From a bacterium (GTDB taxonomy: Bacteria; Sysuimicrobiota; Sysuimicrobiia; Sysuimicrobiales; Humicultoraceae), in NCBI GenBank assembly GCA_041497675.1, contig JBGQGY010000024.1, positions 1 to 36,365 of the forward strand: a stretch of 36,365 nt of DNA. The letters run 5' to 3'. This document shows, one piece after another, positions 27,010 to 34,779 of this stretch. A program made the translations under genes and the position numbers. The notes beneath the pieces are model-generated. The model saw only the letters and a program-made list of their open reading frames with translations. It searched no databases and was not told where the DNA came from. Numbering within the stretch: the first letter of the stretch is position 1; every line of letters begins with the position of its first letter.

Positions 27010-28191
27010 TCAGTTGGGCGCGATCTTCACCTCTTCAATCTTGGTTGTGCCGGTATATGAGGTGAACTCCAAACACACGCCTCCAGACAGCGGCACCGCG
27101 GCTTGCCCGGACCCGCCGGGGCCGATCTGCTGGATGGTAACGGTCCCCGTCCAGTCTTCTTGAATCGTTCTCAGCGTGGGCGCGGGCACGCGGCACGTTG
27201 CGCTCACCTGGACCGTGATGCTGACGCTGGCCACCGACAGCGAACTTGGATTGGCGACGACGACGATGAAACTGCGAGGGTTCGGCACCGGGGCCCTGGA
27301 CAGGAGTACGATACGCAACTGCTGCGCTACGGCCTCGGCGAGTTCGGCAAGATCTTTGATCTCGCCGGTGCGCTCCGCGAGAGTGACGTTGGGCTGGCTT
27401 GTCGGGTGGATCGTGACCGTGAACCGGCGTGGAACATCCTGAACGCCTATCCGAAGGTCAAAGGTCGCCGTCCCGTCGAGAGGCACCGGATTGGGATACA
27501 GCGGCGTGTCCCCCTGACCCACGATCCGTCCGCCTTCACCGATCCCTCGCACCTCGACGTAGGCGGTCTGCGCGCGACTCCGATTCTCTACGACACCGGT
27601 CACGATGAGCGTCGTGCCGTCGACCCGTGCATTGACCTCTTTGACCCTCCACGCGCCTGCCGCGGTCGTCGCCGCCGGACTCCCGGTAGGCACGGCGGCC
27701 GGCGGGGGCGGCGGCGCGGTCTGCGTGAGCACCTCGCTGCGAAACACGTCGACTTGATCAACTCGGTCGCCGCGGATGAGATACGCGACGCCGTGGAACG
27801 GATAGATCAGCATCTGAGCGTCGCCGGCGGGAAACATGCCGCTGGCGTTCGCGTCGGCGTGGGCCGCCCGCACCTGGGCGAGCGTGGACCCCGGACCAGT
27901 GCCCCGCGCGCTGCGACACTCAGACGCGCGGGTGCTGATGCGCCGCACGATCCCGTACTCGACGACCATTTGGGACCATGGCGCCCGCAGATCGAAGACC
28001 ACTTCTCTCGCCCGTGTCTGCTGACGAGCCGGGGCGCCGGTAACAGTGAGGGCGAGTTCAATCGACGATCCCACCCGGACGCCATTGATGCCGGCGCCCT
28101 CGCCGATCGTACAGGCCGGGGCCGCGCCGGTGGCAGGCATGGCAATCATGATGAGGAGCAGCGCTGCGATCAGCATCCGTCGATATCGCAT
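27010..28191 (-). CDS. Hypothetical secreted multidomain protein (paralog A) with an FxLYD-like Ig-fold central domain
   Basis: ATG 28191 follows GGAGG. Signal peptide, Pro-rich linker and VTGVVENRS...YVEVRG...G..VG. Collinear similarity to the 28258-29469 product. Confidence 0.75.
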   Translation of the reverse strand: MRYRRMLIAALLLIMIAMPATGAAPACTIGEGAGINGVRVGSSIELALTVTGAPARQQTRAREVVFDLRAPWSQMVVEYGIVRRISTRASECRSARGTGPGSTLAQVRAAHADANASGMFPAGDAQMLIYPFHGVAYLIRGDRVDQVDVFRSEVLTQTAPPPPPAAVPTGSPAATTAAGAWRVKEVNARVDGTTLIVTGVVENRSRAQTAYVEVRGIGEGGRIVGQGDTPLYPNPVPLDGTATFDLRIGVQDVPRRFTVTIHPTSQPNVTLAERTGEIKDLAELAEAVAQQLRIVLLSRAPVPNPRSFIVVVANPSSLSVASVSITVQVSATCRVPAPTLRTIQEDWTGTVTIQQIGPGGSGQAAVPLSGGVCLEFTSYTGTTKIEEVKIAPN

Positions 28192-28257
28192 GAGAGCCTC
28201 CATCGTCGGCATCAGGCGGTGGGCCTCCCGGCGTCTGCCTCTTCAATTGTACCGTGT

Positions 28258-29469
28258 CTATTCCCCTATTCGCACGTCACCAGTTCGGGTGGTGGCCGAC
28301 CAGGTGGCGAACTGGAGGCAAACGCCGCTGGACAGCACCAGTTTCGCCCGGGATGAGGCTCCCGGTGCGATCTGCTGGACGGCGACGCTGGCCGACCGCT
28401 GCTCCGAGATCTGCCGGCCGATGGGAAAGTTGATCTGGGCGAGGCGGCACGTCACGGTCAGGTCGACGGTCACGGCCGCGCTCGCGATGGGGAGTGAGCT
28501 GTTGTTCGTGACGACCACGCTGAAGTCGTCGGGGGCCGGCGGGGTGGCGGTGACTTCGACGGCGACCCGCACGCGCCGCGCGACGAGGGCTGCGAACTGC
28601 TGCATGTTCTTCATCTCGCCGGTCGATTCCGCCAGCGTCGCGGTGAGCGACCGCGCCGGTCGAAGGGTCACCGTGTAGCGGCGGACGACGTCATCGATGG
28701 TGAGACGCACCTCGAACGTGGCGACCCCGCGCGCAGGGACCGGCGTCGGCGTGAGCGGGGCGTCGCCGTGCGCCACCTGGCGGCCTGTCGTGCCGTAGGC
28801 CCTGACGTCCGCATACGGCGCGGCCGCCCGCCCGCGATTTTCGACGGTCCCGGTGACGATCAATACGTCACCCTGCACCTGGGCCGCAGTGGAGCGAATC
28901 GCCCACCCGTCGGACGGGGCCGGGGCGGAACCCGGTGGGGGCGTTGTCGCCTGTGGGGCGGCTCCCTGTGGAACCGGCGTGGGGGGGAGCGGGCGCGCGC
29001 CGGACGGCGGGCCATCGGTTCGGAAGACTTCGACGCTAGCCACCCGGTCGCGGCGCATGACGAAGGCGATGCCCACGAACGGGTAGGAGAGCAGTTCGCC
29101 GTCGGCGAGGGGGGTGACGGTGCTGACCGATGCTCCGGAGTAGGCCGCGCGCGCGGCGCCCTGTGACACACCGGGGCCCACGCCCCGCGAGGTCCGGCAC
29201 TCCTGCACGCCGGTCGCTACGCGCGTCACGACACCGGATTCGGCAACCATTCGCGACCAAAGACTGCGGAGGGTATAGATCGTTTCTCTTCCGGAGGTCT
29301 GCTCGGCGGCAGCGGGACCGGTGATCGCCAGCGCCGCCGGAACCGGCATGCCGATCCGGACGGCGCCGATGGCCACGCCTTCAACAATCGCGCAGGCGGC
29401 GCCCGCCGCGAGCACCGCCGGCGCGACGAGGACAACGATACCAATCACCGTCATGACCTTGCGCATCAT
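28258..29469 (-). CDS. Hypothetical secreted multidomain protein (paralog B)
   Basis: Signal peptide MMRKVMTVIGIVVLVAPAVLA. Shares ECR..RG.GPG, YPF.G, VTG.VENR, TCR and LS.GVCL with paralog A. The ORF-track extension to 29631 crosses the tRNA and was not used. Confidence 0.75.
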   Translation of the reverse strand: MMRKVMTVIGIVVLVAPAVLAAGAACAIVEGVAIGAVRIGMPVPAALAITGPAAAEQTSGRETIYTLRSLWSRMVAESGVVTRVATGVQECRTSRGVGPGVSQGAARAAYSGASVSTVTPLADGELLSYPFVGIAFVMRRDRVASVEVFRTDGPPSGARPLPPTPVPQGAAPQATTPPPGSAPAPSDGWAIRSTAAQVQGDVLIVTGTVENRGRAAAPYADVRAYGTTGRQVAHGDAPLTPTPVPARGVATFEVRLTIDDVVRRYTVTLRPARSLTATLAESTGEMKNMQQFAALVARRVRVAVEVTATPPAPDDFSVVVTNNSSLPIASAAVTVDLTVTCRLAQINFPIGRQISEQRSASVAVQQIAPGASSRAKLVLSSGVCLQFATWSATTRTGDVRIGE

Positions 29470-29488
29470 GACGTGCGCTTCGTACAAT
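29459..29488 (+). promoter_or_regulatory. Candidate promoter for tRNA-Sec
   Basis: TTGCGC (29459-29464), 18 nt spacer, TACAAT (29483-29488), ending 23 nt before the tRNA. Confidence 0.5.
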
Positions 29489-29511
29489 GCACATGCAGGC
29501 CGCGTCGGCGC

Positions 29512-29607
29512 GGAGGGCAGCGTTCGCTGGTGCGGGTCCCGGTCTTCAAAACCGGCCGCTGGGGCGCTTCGCTCCAGGCTGGGTTCGATTCCCAGGGCCC
29601 TCCGCCA
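29512..29607 (+). tRNA. selC: tRNA-Sec (anticodon UCA)
   Basis: 96 nt. Acceptor GGAGGGCA/GGCCCTCC plus GCCA end. 6-bp D stem with TGGT loop. Anticodon arm CCGGT-CTTCAAA-ACCGG. Long variable arm CTGGGGC/GCTCCAG. T arm CTGGG-TTCGATT-CCCAG. selA and selB are nearby. Confidence 0.96.
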
Positions 29608-29824
29608 CATCTCCATCCAACATCCCCTCACGCTTCCTTCCCCTTCTGCCGCTCCGACGATCAGGCAGCGTGTAGAGGTTCCAGGAAGCGCCGGTGGAGC
29701 CCTTTCCGAGATTGTCGACGGCGGGGGAAGGGGACGTTTGCGAAACGAGGAAACCTTCTCACTTCACCGGGGTTGATACGGTCAGCAACAGCGCCGCGGA
29801 GGTCATCGTATGCTTGACGGATGA

Positions 29825-30277
29825 CTAGATTCGGATGTCGATGATGGCCGACACACCGACACCGGGCACGCGCTTGAACGACTCCCACGGCTTGATGTTG
29901 TCCACCGGGATATACGCTTTGATCCTGAACGCCGTCTGGAAATCGGCCTCCAGCAACGCCACGGCCTGCACCTTCTCGACCTCGACTCTTGGTCCCGACA
30001 CCTGCGCGGCGCCGATATAGGCCCCGGCAGGGTTCCCGAGCCCGATTGAGAGGCTTAAGATCGGCACGACCTTCGTCTGCTCGCGAACCGCAACGCCCCT
30101 GTTCTGGAGCAGGTCGTTGATGAAGTTGTTGATCTGGGGCGCAAACGTCCGGATCGCGTAGCCGATGCCCAGCGTCTTGATGATCCCGAAGATGTCCTGA
30201 CCCGATGCCCTGACGGCCAGGCCGCCCACGAACAAGGCCGCGACAAGGATAAGTGCGATCCCTCGAGTACGTCGCAT
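29825..30277 (-). CDS. Hypothetical exported protein
   Basis: RBS GGAGGG, signal peptide MRRTRGIALILVAALFVGGLAVRASG and normal protein-like composition; follows ilvD on the same strand. Confidence 0.8.
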   Translation of the reverse strand: MRRTRGIALILVAALFVGGLAVRASGQDIFGIIKTLGIGYAIRTFAPQINNFINDLLQNRGVAVREQTKVVPILSLSIGLGNPAGAYIGAAQVSGPRVEVEKVQAVALLEADFQTAFRIKAYIPVDNIKPWESFKRVPGVGVSAIIDIRI

Positions 30278-30348
30278 GCTGACCCTCCTGCGAGTGTGAT
30301 GTGCGTCCTCTGCCTACAAGTACGCTCCGGCCGGCAAGAGAGTTCCGC

Positions 30349-32031
30349 TCAGTCGCACACTGCGCCCAGTGACGCCGATGAGACCAGACGCGCATATTTG
30401 GCCAGCGCACCCCGCGTATAGCGCGGCGGCAGGGGCTGCCACGCCGCACGGCGGCGATCGAGTTCTTCTTTCGGCACTTCCAACTCGATGCGGCGGGTCG
30501 AGATGTCGATCGAGACCACGTCGCCGTCGCGCACCAGCGCGATGGGCCCACCGACCGCGGCCTCGGGTGCGACGTGCCCGACCGCCAGACCGTGTGACGC
30601 GCCGGAGAACCGGCCGTCGGTGACGAGCGCGACCTGTGTCGCCATACCGCGGCCGACGATCACCGCGGTGAGGGCCAGCATCTCACGCATGCCGGGGCCG
30701 CCCTTCGGACCCTCGTAGCGCAATACCACTACGTCACCGGGCTTGATCTGACCCTTGATCACGGCTGCAAACGCGTCCTCCTCGCGGTCGAAGACGCGCG
30801 CTGGCCCGCGATGGGTCTTGACGACCGTGCCTGCGCTCTTGATGACCGCCCCCTCGGGCGCCAGGCTGCCGCGCAGGATCGCCAGACCTCCTTCGGGTTC
30901 GAACGGCTTGCTGACGGGGGCCACGACCGGCTGCCCGCTGGAGGGCGCGTCTTTGAGATTCTCGCGGACCGTTCGGCCCGAGACGGTCAGCGCGTCGCCG
31001 TGCAGCAGGCCGGCGTCCAAGAGCGCCTTCATCACCACCGGGACGCCGCCGACGCGGTCCAGATCGGTCATCACGTACTGCCCGCCGGGCCGCAGGCTCG
31101 CGATGTGCGGCGTCTGGCGGCTGAGGCGATCGAAGTCATCGAGGGAGAGGGGCACGCCCGCCTCGTGCGCAAAGGCCAGGAGGTGCAGCACCGAGTTTGT
31201 GCTGCCGCCCATGGCGACCACGACCCGGATGGCGTTCTCAAAGGCGGCCGGGGTCAGGATGTCGCGCGGGCGGACGCCGTCGCGCAACAGGCGGATGACG
31301 GCCTCGCCGGTGTGCCGGCAGGCCTCAGGACGCCGGGCATCGGTCGCGGGGATCGACGCCACCCCCGGTAGGGAAAGACCAATCGCTTCGATGGCCGAGG
31401 CCATGGTATTGGCCGTGTAGAGCCCGCCGCACGAGCCCGCGCCCGGGCAGGCGCGCCGTTCCAGGGCTTCCAGCGCCTCTTCGGTCATCTTCCCCTGCGC
31501 GTGCATGCCGACGCCCTCATAGACGTCCTGGATGGTTACGTCACGCCCCTCATACTGGCCGGGCATGATGGTGCCGCCGTAAAGAAAGATGCCGGGGATG
31601 TTGATCCGCGCCAGGGCCATGACCGACCCGGGGAGGCTCTTGTCGCATCCGGCAATGGCGACGATCGCGTCGAAGCACTCCGCGCGCGCCATCAACTCGA
31701 TCGAGTCGGCGATCACCTCGCGGCTGATCAGCGAGGCCTTCATGCCCTCGTGTCCCATGGCGATGGCGTCGCTGACGGCGATCGTCCCGAACTCCTGGGG
31801 AGTCCCGCCGGCGGCGCGCACCCCGGCTTTGACCGCCTGCGCCTGCACGTTGAGATTCAGGTTGCAGGCCGTCACTTCGTTCCAGGTGCTGGCGACGCCG
31901 ATCTGCGGCTGGCGCAGGTCTTTGTCGGTTTGTCCGGTGGCGCGAAGCATGGCCCGGTGCGCGGCGCGCTCGACGCCTTCGGTGACGGTGCGGCTGCGGT
32001 GTCGCAGGTCGGGCTCAACGGTGCGTTTCAC
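30349..32031 (-). CDS. ilvD: Dihydroxy-acid dehydratase
   Basis: Motifs ACN, VSDAIAMGHEGMKASLISRE, GCDKS, SCGGLYTANTM, GGSTN, RYEGPKGGPGMREM, TDGRFSG and GHVAPEA. Confidence 0.97.
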   Translation of the reverse strand: MKRTVEPDLRHRSRTVTEGVERAAHRAMLRATGQTDKDLRQPQIGVASTWNEVTACNLNLNVQAQAVKAGVRAAGGTPQEFGTIAVSDAIAMGHEGMKASLISREVIADSIELMARAECFDAIVAIAGCDKSLPGSVMALARINIPGIFLYGGTIMPGQYEGRDVTIQDVYEGVGMHAQGKMTEEALEALERRACPGAGSCGGLYTANTMASAIEAIGLSLPGVASIPATDARRPEACRHTGEAVIRLLRDGVRPRDILTPAAFENAIRVVVAMGGSTNSVLHLLAFAHEAGVPLSLDDFDRLSRQTPHIASLRPGGQYVMTDLDRVGGVPVVMKALLDAGLLHGDALTVSGRTVRENLKDAPSSGQPVVAPVSKPFEPEGGLAILRGSLAPEGAVIKSAGTVVKTHRGPARVFDREEDAFAAVIKGQIKPGDVVVLRYEGPKGGPGMREMLALTAVIVGRGMATQVALVTDGRFSGASHGLAVGHVAPEAAVGGPIALVRDGDVVSIDISTRRIELEVPKEELDRRRAAWQPLPPRYTRGALAKYARLVSSASLGAVCD

Positions 32032-32127
32032 GATCGTGCATCCTCCCGGCGGATGTCGCCCTCATGATAGGCGCCGCCACAGGGTGATTCAACCGCGGCG
32101 CCACGGGATTCCTTCGGGAGGCCGCTA

Positions 32128-32136
32128 TGGTAGCAT
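32128..32136 (+). promoter_or_regulatory. Candidate extended -10 element for a leaderless mutS mRNA
   Basis: TG-G-TAGCAT ends 6 nt before the GTG start at 32143, with no SD in between. Confidence 0.45.
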
Positions 32137-32142
32137 GAGTGC

Positions 32143-34779
32143 GTGACCCGCGAACCGTCGTTGACTCCCATGCTGCGCCAATATCAAGCTTTGAAGGCCC
32201 GCTATCCCGGCGCACTGCTGATGTTCCGGCTCGGCGATTTCTACGAGCTATTTTTTGACGACGCGCTCGTCGCCGCCCGCGAACTCGAGATCGTGCTGAC
32301 CTCACGCGAGTTGGGCAAGGGGCGGCGTGTCCCCATGTGCGGGGTCCCGTACCATGCGCTCACCGGGTATCTGGCGCGGCTGGTGGAGCGCGGCCACCGG
32401 GTGGCCATCTGTGATCAGGTCGAGGATGCGCGCAAGGCCAAGGGGCTGGTCAGGCGTGACGTGACGCGCGTGGTCACGCCGGGCACCGTGATGGACGCGA
32501 CGCTCCCGCAGCGCGAACACCGATATCTTGTTGCGATTGCCCCGGCCGACGGGGCATGGGGTCTGGCCGCAGCCGATCTCTCCACCGGTGATCTGTTCGC
32601 GACGCACATTGAGGGCCCCGAAGCGGATCGCCGGCTGGAGGAAGAGCTCGCGCGCTACGATCCCCGAGAAGTGCTGTTGCCCGAGGACGCCGATGCCGGC
32701 TCGGCCGACCGATTTCGGCTCACCCGGGTCGAGCCGTGGCGGTTCGAGCCCAGCGTGGCGCGGCGGGCGCTCATCGAGCAGTTCCGCGTCGCCTCGCTCG
32801 AAGGGTTCGGAGCCGAGGACCTGCCGCTTGCGGTCGCTGCGGCCGGTGCGTTGCTCCAGTATCTGAAACAAACGCAGATGAGCGCCCTCGAGCACCTGCG
32901 AGGTTTGCGCGTTTACAGCACCGATGACGTGTTGGCCCTCGACGAAACGACCCGGCGGAACCTCGAACTGGTGCGCAATCTTCGCGACGGCACGACGGCG
33001 CACACGCTGCTCAGCACCGTCGACGAGACCATGACGGCTATGGGCGGCCGCCTGCTGCGCGAGTGGGTGTTGCGGCCGCTCGTCTCGATCGAGGCGGTCG
33101 GCGTCCGGCAGCGCGCCGTGGCGGTGGCAGTCGACGCGCGGGCGGTGCGCGCGGATCTCCGTGAGGCGTTGAAGGCACTGCCGGACCTCGCCCGGGTGAT
33201 CGGCCGGATCGGACACGGCTCGGCGACCCCGCGTGACCTGGCGGCGCTGCGGGCCGGTTTGCTGCGGCTGCCGGCGCTTCGCGCCGATCTGGCGCGTCTG
33301 CCCGAGTCGCGGCTGGCCGAGCTGGGCGGTCTCGTCGATCCTCATGAGGCCATCACCGGGCACATCGGTCGGGCGCTCGTGGACGACCCTCCGGCCACCG
33401 CAAGGGACGGCGGAGTGATCCGCGCAGGATACGATGACGAGCTCGATCGGGTGCGGGAGGCCGCGACCGGCGGCAAGATGTGGATCGCGGGTCTGGAAGC
33501 CGCCGAACGCGTGCGGACGGGTATCCGCTCGCTGCGGGTTGGGTTCAACAAGATCTTTGGATACTATCTGGAAGTGTCCAACGCGAATCGGCACCTCGTG
33601 CCCGCAGACTACGTCCGCAAGCAGACGCTCACCAACGCCGAGCGCTACATCACGCCTGAGATGAAGGAGCGCGAGGCCGCCATTCTGGGCGCCGAGGAGC
33701 GGATGGCCGAGATCGAGACGCGGCTCTTCGAGCGTCTGCGCCAGGAGATCGCGGGCCAGTCGGCGTCGCTGCTGGAAACCTCGCGCGCCCTGGCCGAGGC
33801 CGACGTGCTGCTCGGTCTGGCCCACGTCGCGGAGCGGTGGGAGTACGTCAAGCCGGAGCTGGTCGACGACGCGGTCCTGGACATCCGCGCGGGACGTCAC
33901 CCGGTGGTCGAGCGCCTGCTCCAGGGCGAGCGGTTCGTGCCGAACGATCTCGCGCTCAGCGCAGCCGAGCGCGCGTTGCTGATCGTCACGGGACCGAACA
34001 TGGCCGGAAAAAGCACGCTACTCCGGCAGGCGGCGTTGATCACGATCATGGCGCAGATGGGATCGTTCGTGCCGGCCGCCGCGGCGCGGATCGGCGTCGC
34101 CGACCGGGTCTTTACCCGCGTGGGCGCGACAGACGACCTCGCGTCTGGGCGGAGCACATTTCTGGTCGAGATGCAAGAAGTCGCCCGCATCCTGCACGCT
34201 GCGACCCCGCGCAGCGTGATCATCCTCGACGAAGTCGGTCGCGGGACGAGCACGTACGATGGCATGAGCCTGGCCTGGGCCGTCGTCGCGTATCTCCACG
34301 ATCACATCGGGGCGCGCACCCTGTTTGCCACGCACTTTCACGAGTTGACCGAGCTGGCGGATCTCCTGCCGCGCGTGCGCAATATCTCGATGCAGGTGCG
34401 GGAGGAGGGAGACCAAGTCGTCTTCCTCCATACCGCGGCCGAGGGGCGCGCGGACCGATCGTACGGTATCCACGTCGCGCAGCTCGCGGGCATCCCCGAT
34501 GAGGTCATCGGCGAAGCCAAACGGATCCTCCAGCGTCTGGAGAGCGCCGCGGCGCGACCCACTGAGCCCGAGGCTGCGCGGCTCCCGTCGCGCGCGCGTC
34601 CTGGACGCCAGCTGCCGTTGGCGTTGGAACTTCCGTCTCCCATTGAAGAGGCCCTGCTCGGTCTGGCCATCGAGTCGATGACGCCGTTGGAAGCCATGCA
34701 GACGCTGGCCGAGCTTCGCGAACGCGCCCGTGCGCTGCGGGCCGGCGCGCACGACCGCCAGGAGCGCCGGCTGCAGTGA
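32143..34779 (+). CDS. mutS: DNA mismatch repair protein MutS
   Basis: Motifs TPMLRQY, FRLGDFYELF, PMCGVP, RVVTPGT, GRHPVVE, TGPNMAGKST, STFLVEM, DEVGRGTST, FATHFHEL and SYGIHVA. Confidence 0.98.
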   Translation: MTREPSLTPMLRQYQALKARYPGALLMFRLGDFYELFFDDALVAARELEIVLTSRELGKGRRVPMCGVPYHALTGYLARLVERGHRVAICDQVEDARKAKGLVRRDVTRVVTPGTVMDATLPQREHRYLVAIAPADGAWGLAAADLSTGDLFATHIEGPEADRRLEEELARYDPREVLLPEDADAGSADRFRLTRVEPWRFEPSVARRALIEQFRVASLEGFGAEDLPLAVAAAGALLQYLKQTQMSALEHLRGLRVYSTDDVLALDETTRRNLELVRNLRDGTTAHTLLSTVDETMTAMGGRLLREWVLRPLVSIEAVGVRQRAVAVAVDARAVRADLREALKALPDLARVIGRIGHGSATPRDLAALRAGLLRLPALRADLARLPESRLAELGGLVDPHEAITGHIGRALVDDPPATARDGGVIRAGYDDELDRVREAATGGKMWIAGLEAAERVRTGIRSLRVGFNKIFGYYLEVSNANRHLVPADYVRKQTLTNAERYITPEMKEREAAILGAEERMAEIETRLFERLRQEIAGQSASLLETSRALAEADVLLGLAHVAERWEYVKPELVDDAVLDIRAGRHPVVERLLQGERFVPNDLALSAAERALLIVTGPNMAGKSTLLRQAALITIMAQMGSFVPAAAARIGVADRVFTRVGATDDLASGRSTFLVEMQEVARILHAATPRSVIILDEVGRGTSTYDGMSLAWAVVAYLHDHIGARTLFATHFHELTELADLLPRVRNISMQVREEGDQVVFLHTAAEGRADRSYGIHVAQLAGIPDEVIGEAKRILQRLESAAARPTEPEAARLPSRARPGRQLPLALELPSPIEEALLGLAIESMTPLEAMQTLAELRERARALRAGAHDRQERRLQ

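Noticed and set aside
29470..29631. N-terminal extension of paralog B to 29631 as given in the ORF track
   Set aside because: It would run antisense through the whole tRNA-Sec and bury the signal peptide that begins at 29469.
29650..29720. Purine riboswitch or SRP RNA similarity in the post-selC hairpin
   Set aside because: Only scattered short matches. The P2/P3 loops of a purine riboswitch and the SRP helix-8 motif cannot be formed.
29580..29830. Integrative element at the selC 3' end
   Set aside because: selC is a known integration hotspot, but I saw no integrase and no duplicated tRNA 3' end in the window.
6890..34779. Selenoprotein candidates among UGA-ending genes
   Set aside because: The recognisable UGA-terminated genes appear full length, and many stops are part of ATGA/GTGA/TGATG coupling overlaps.
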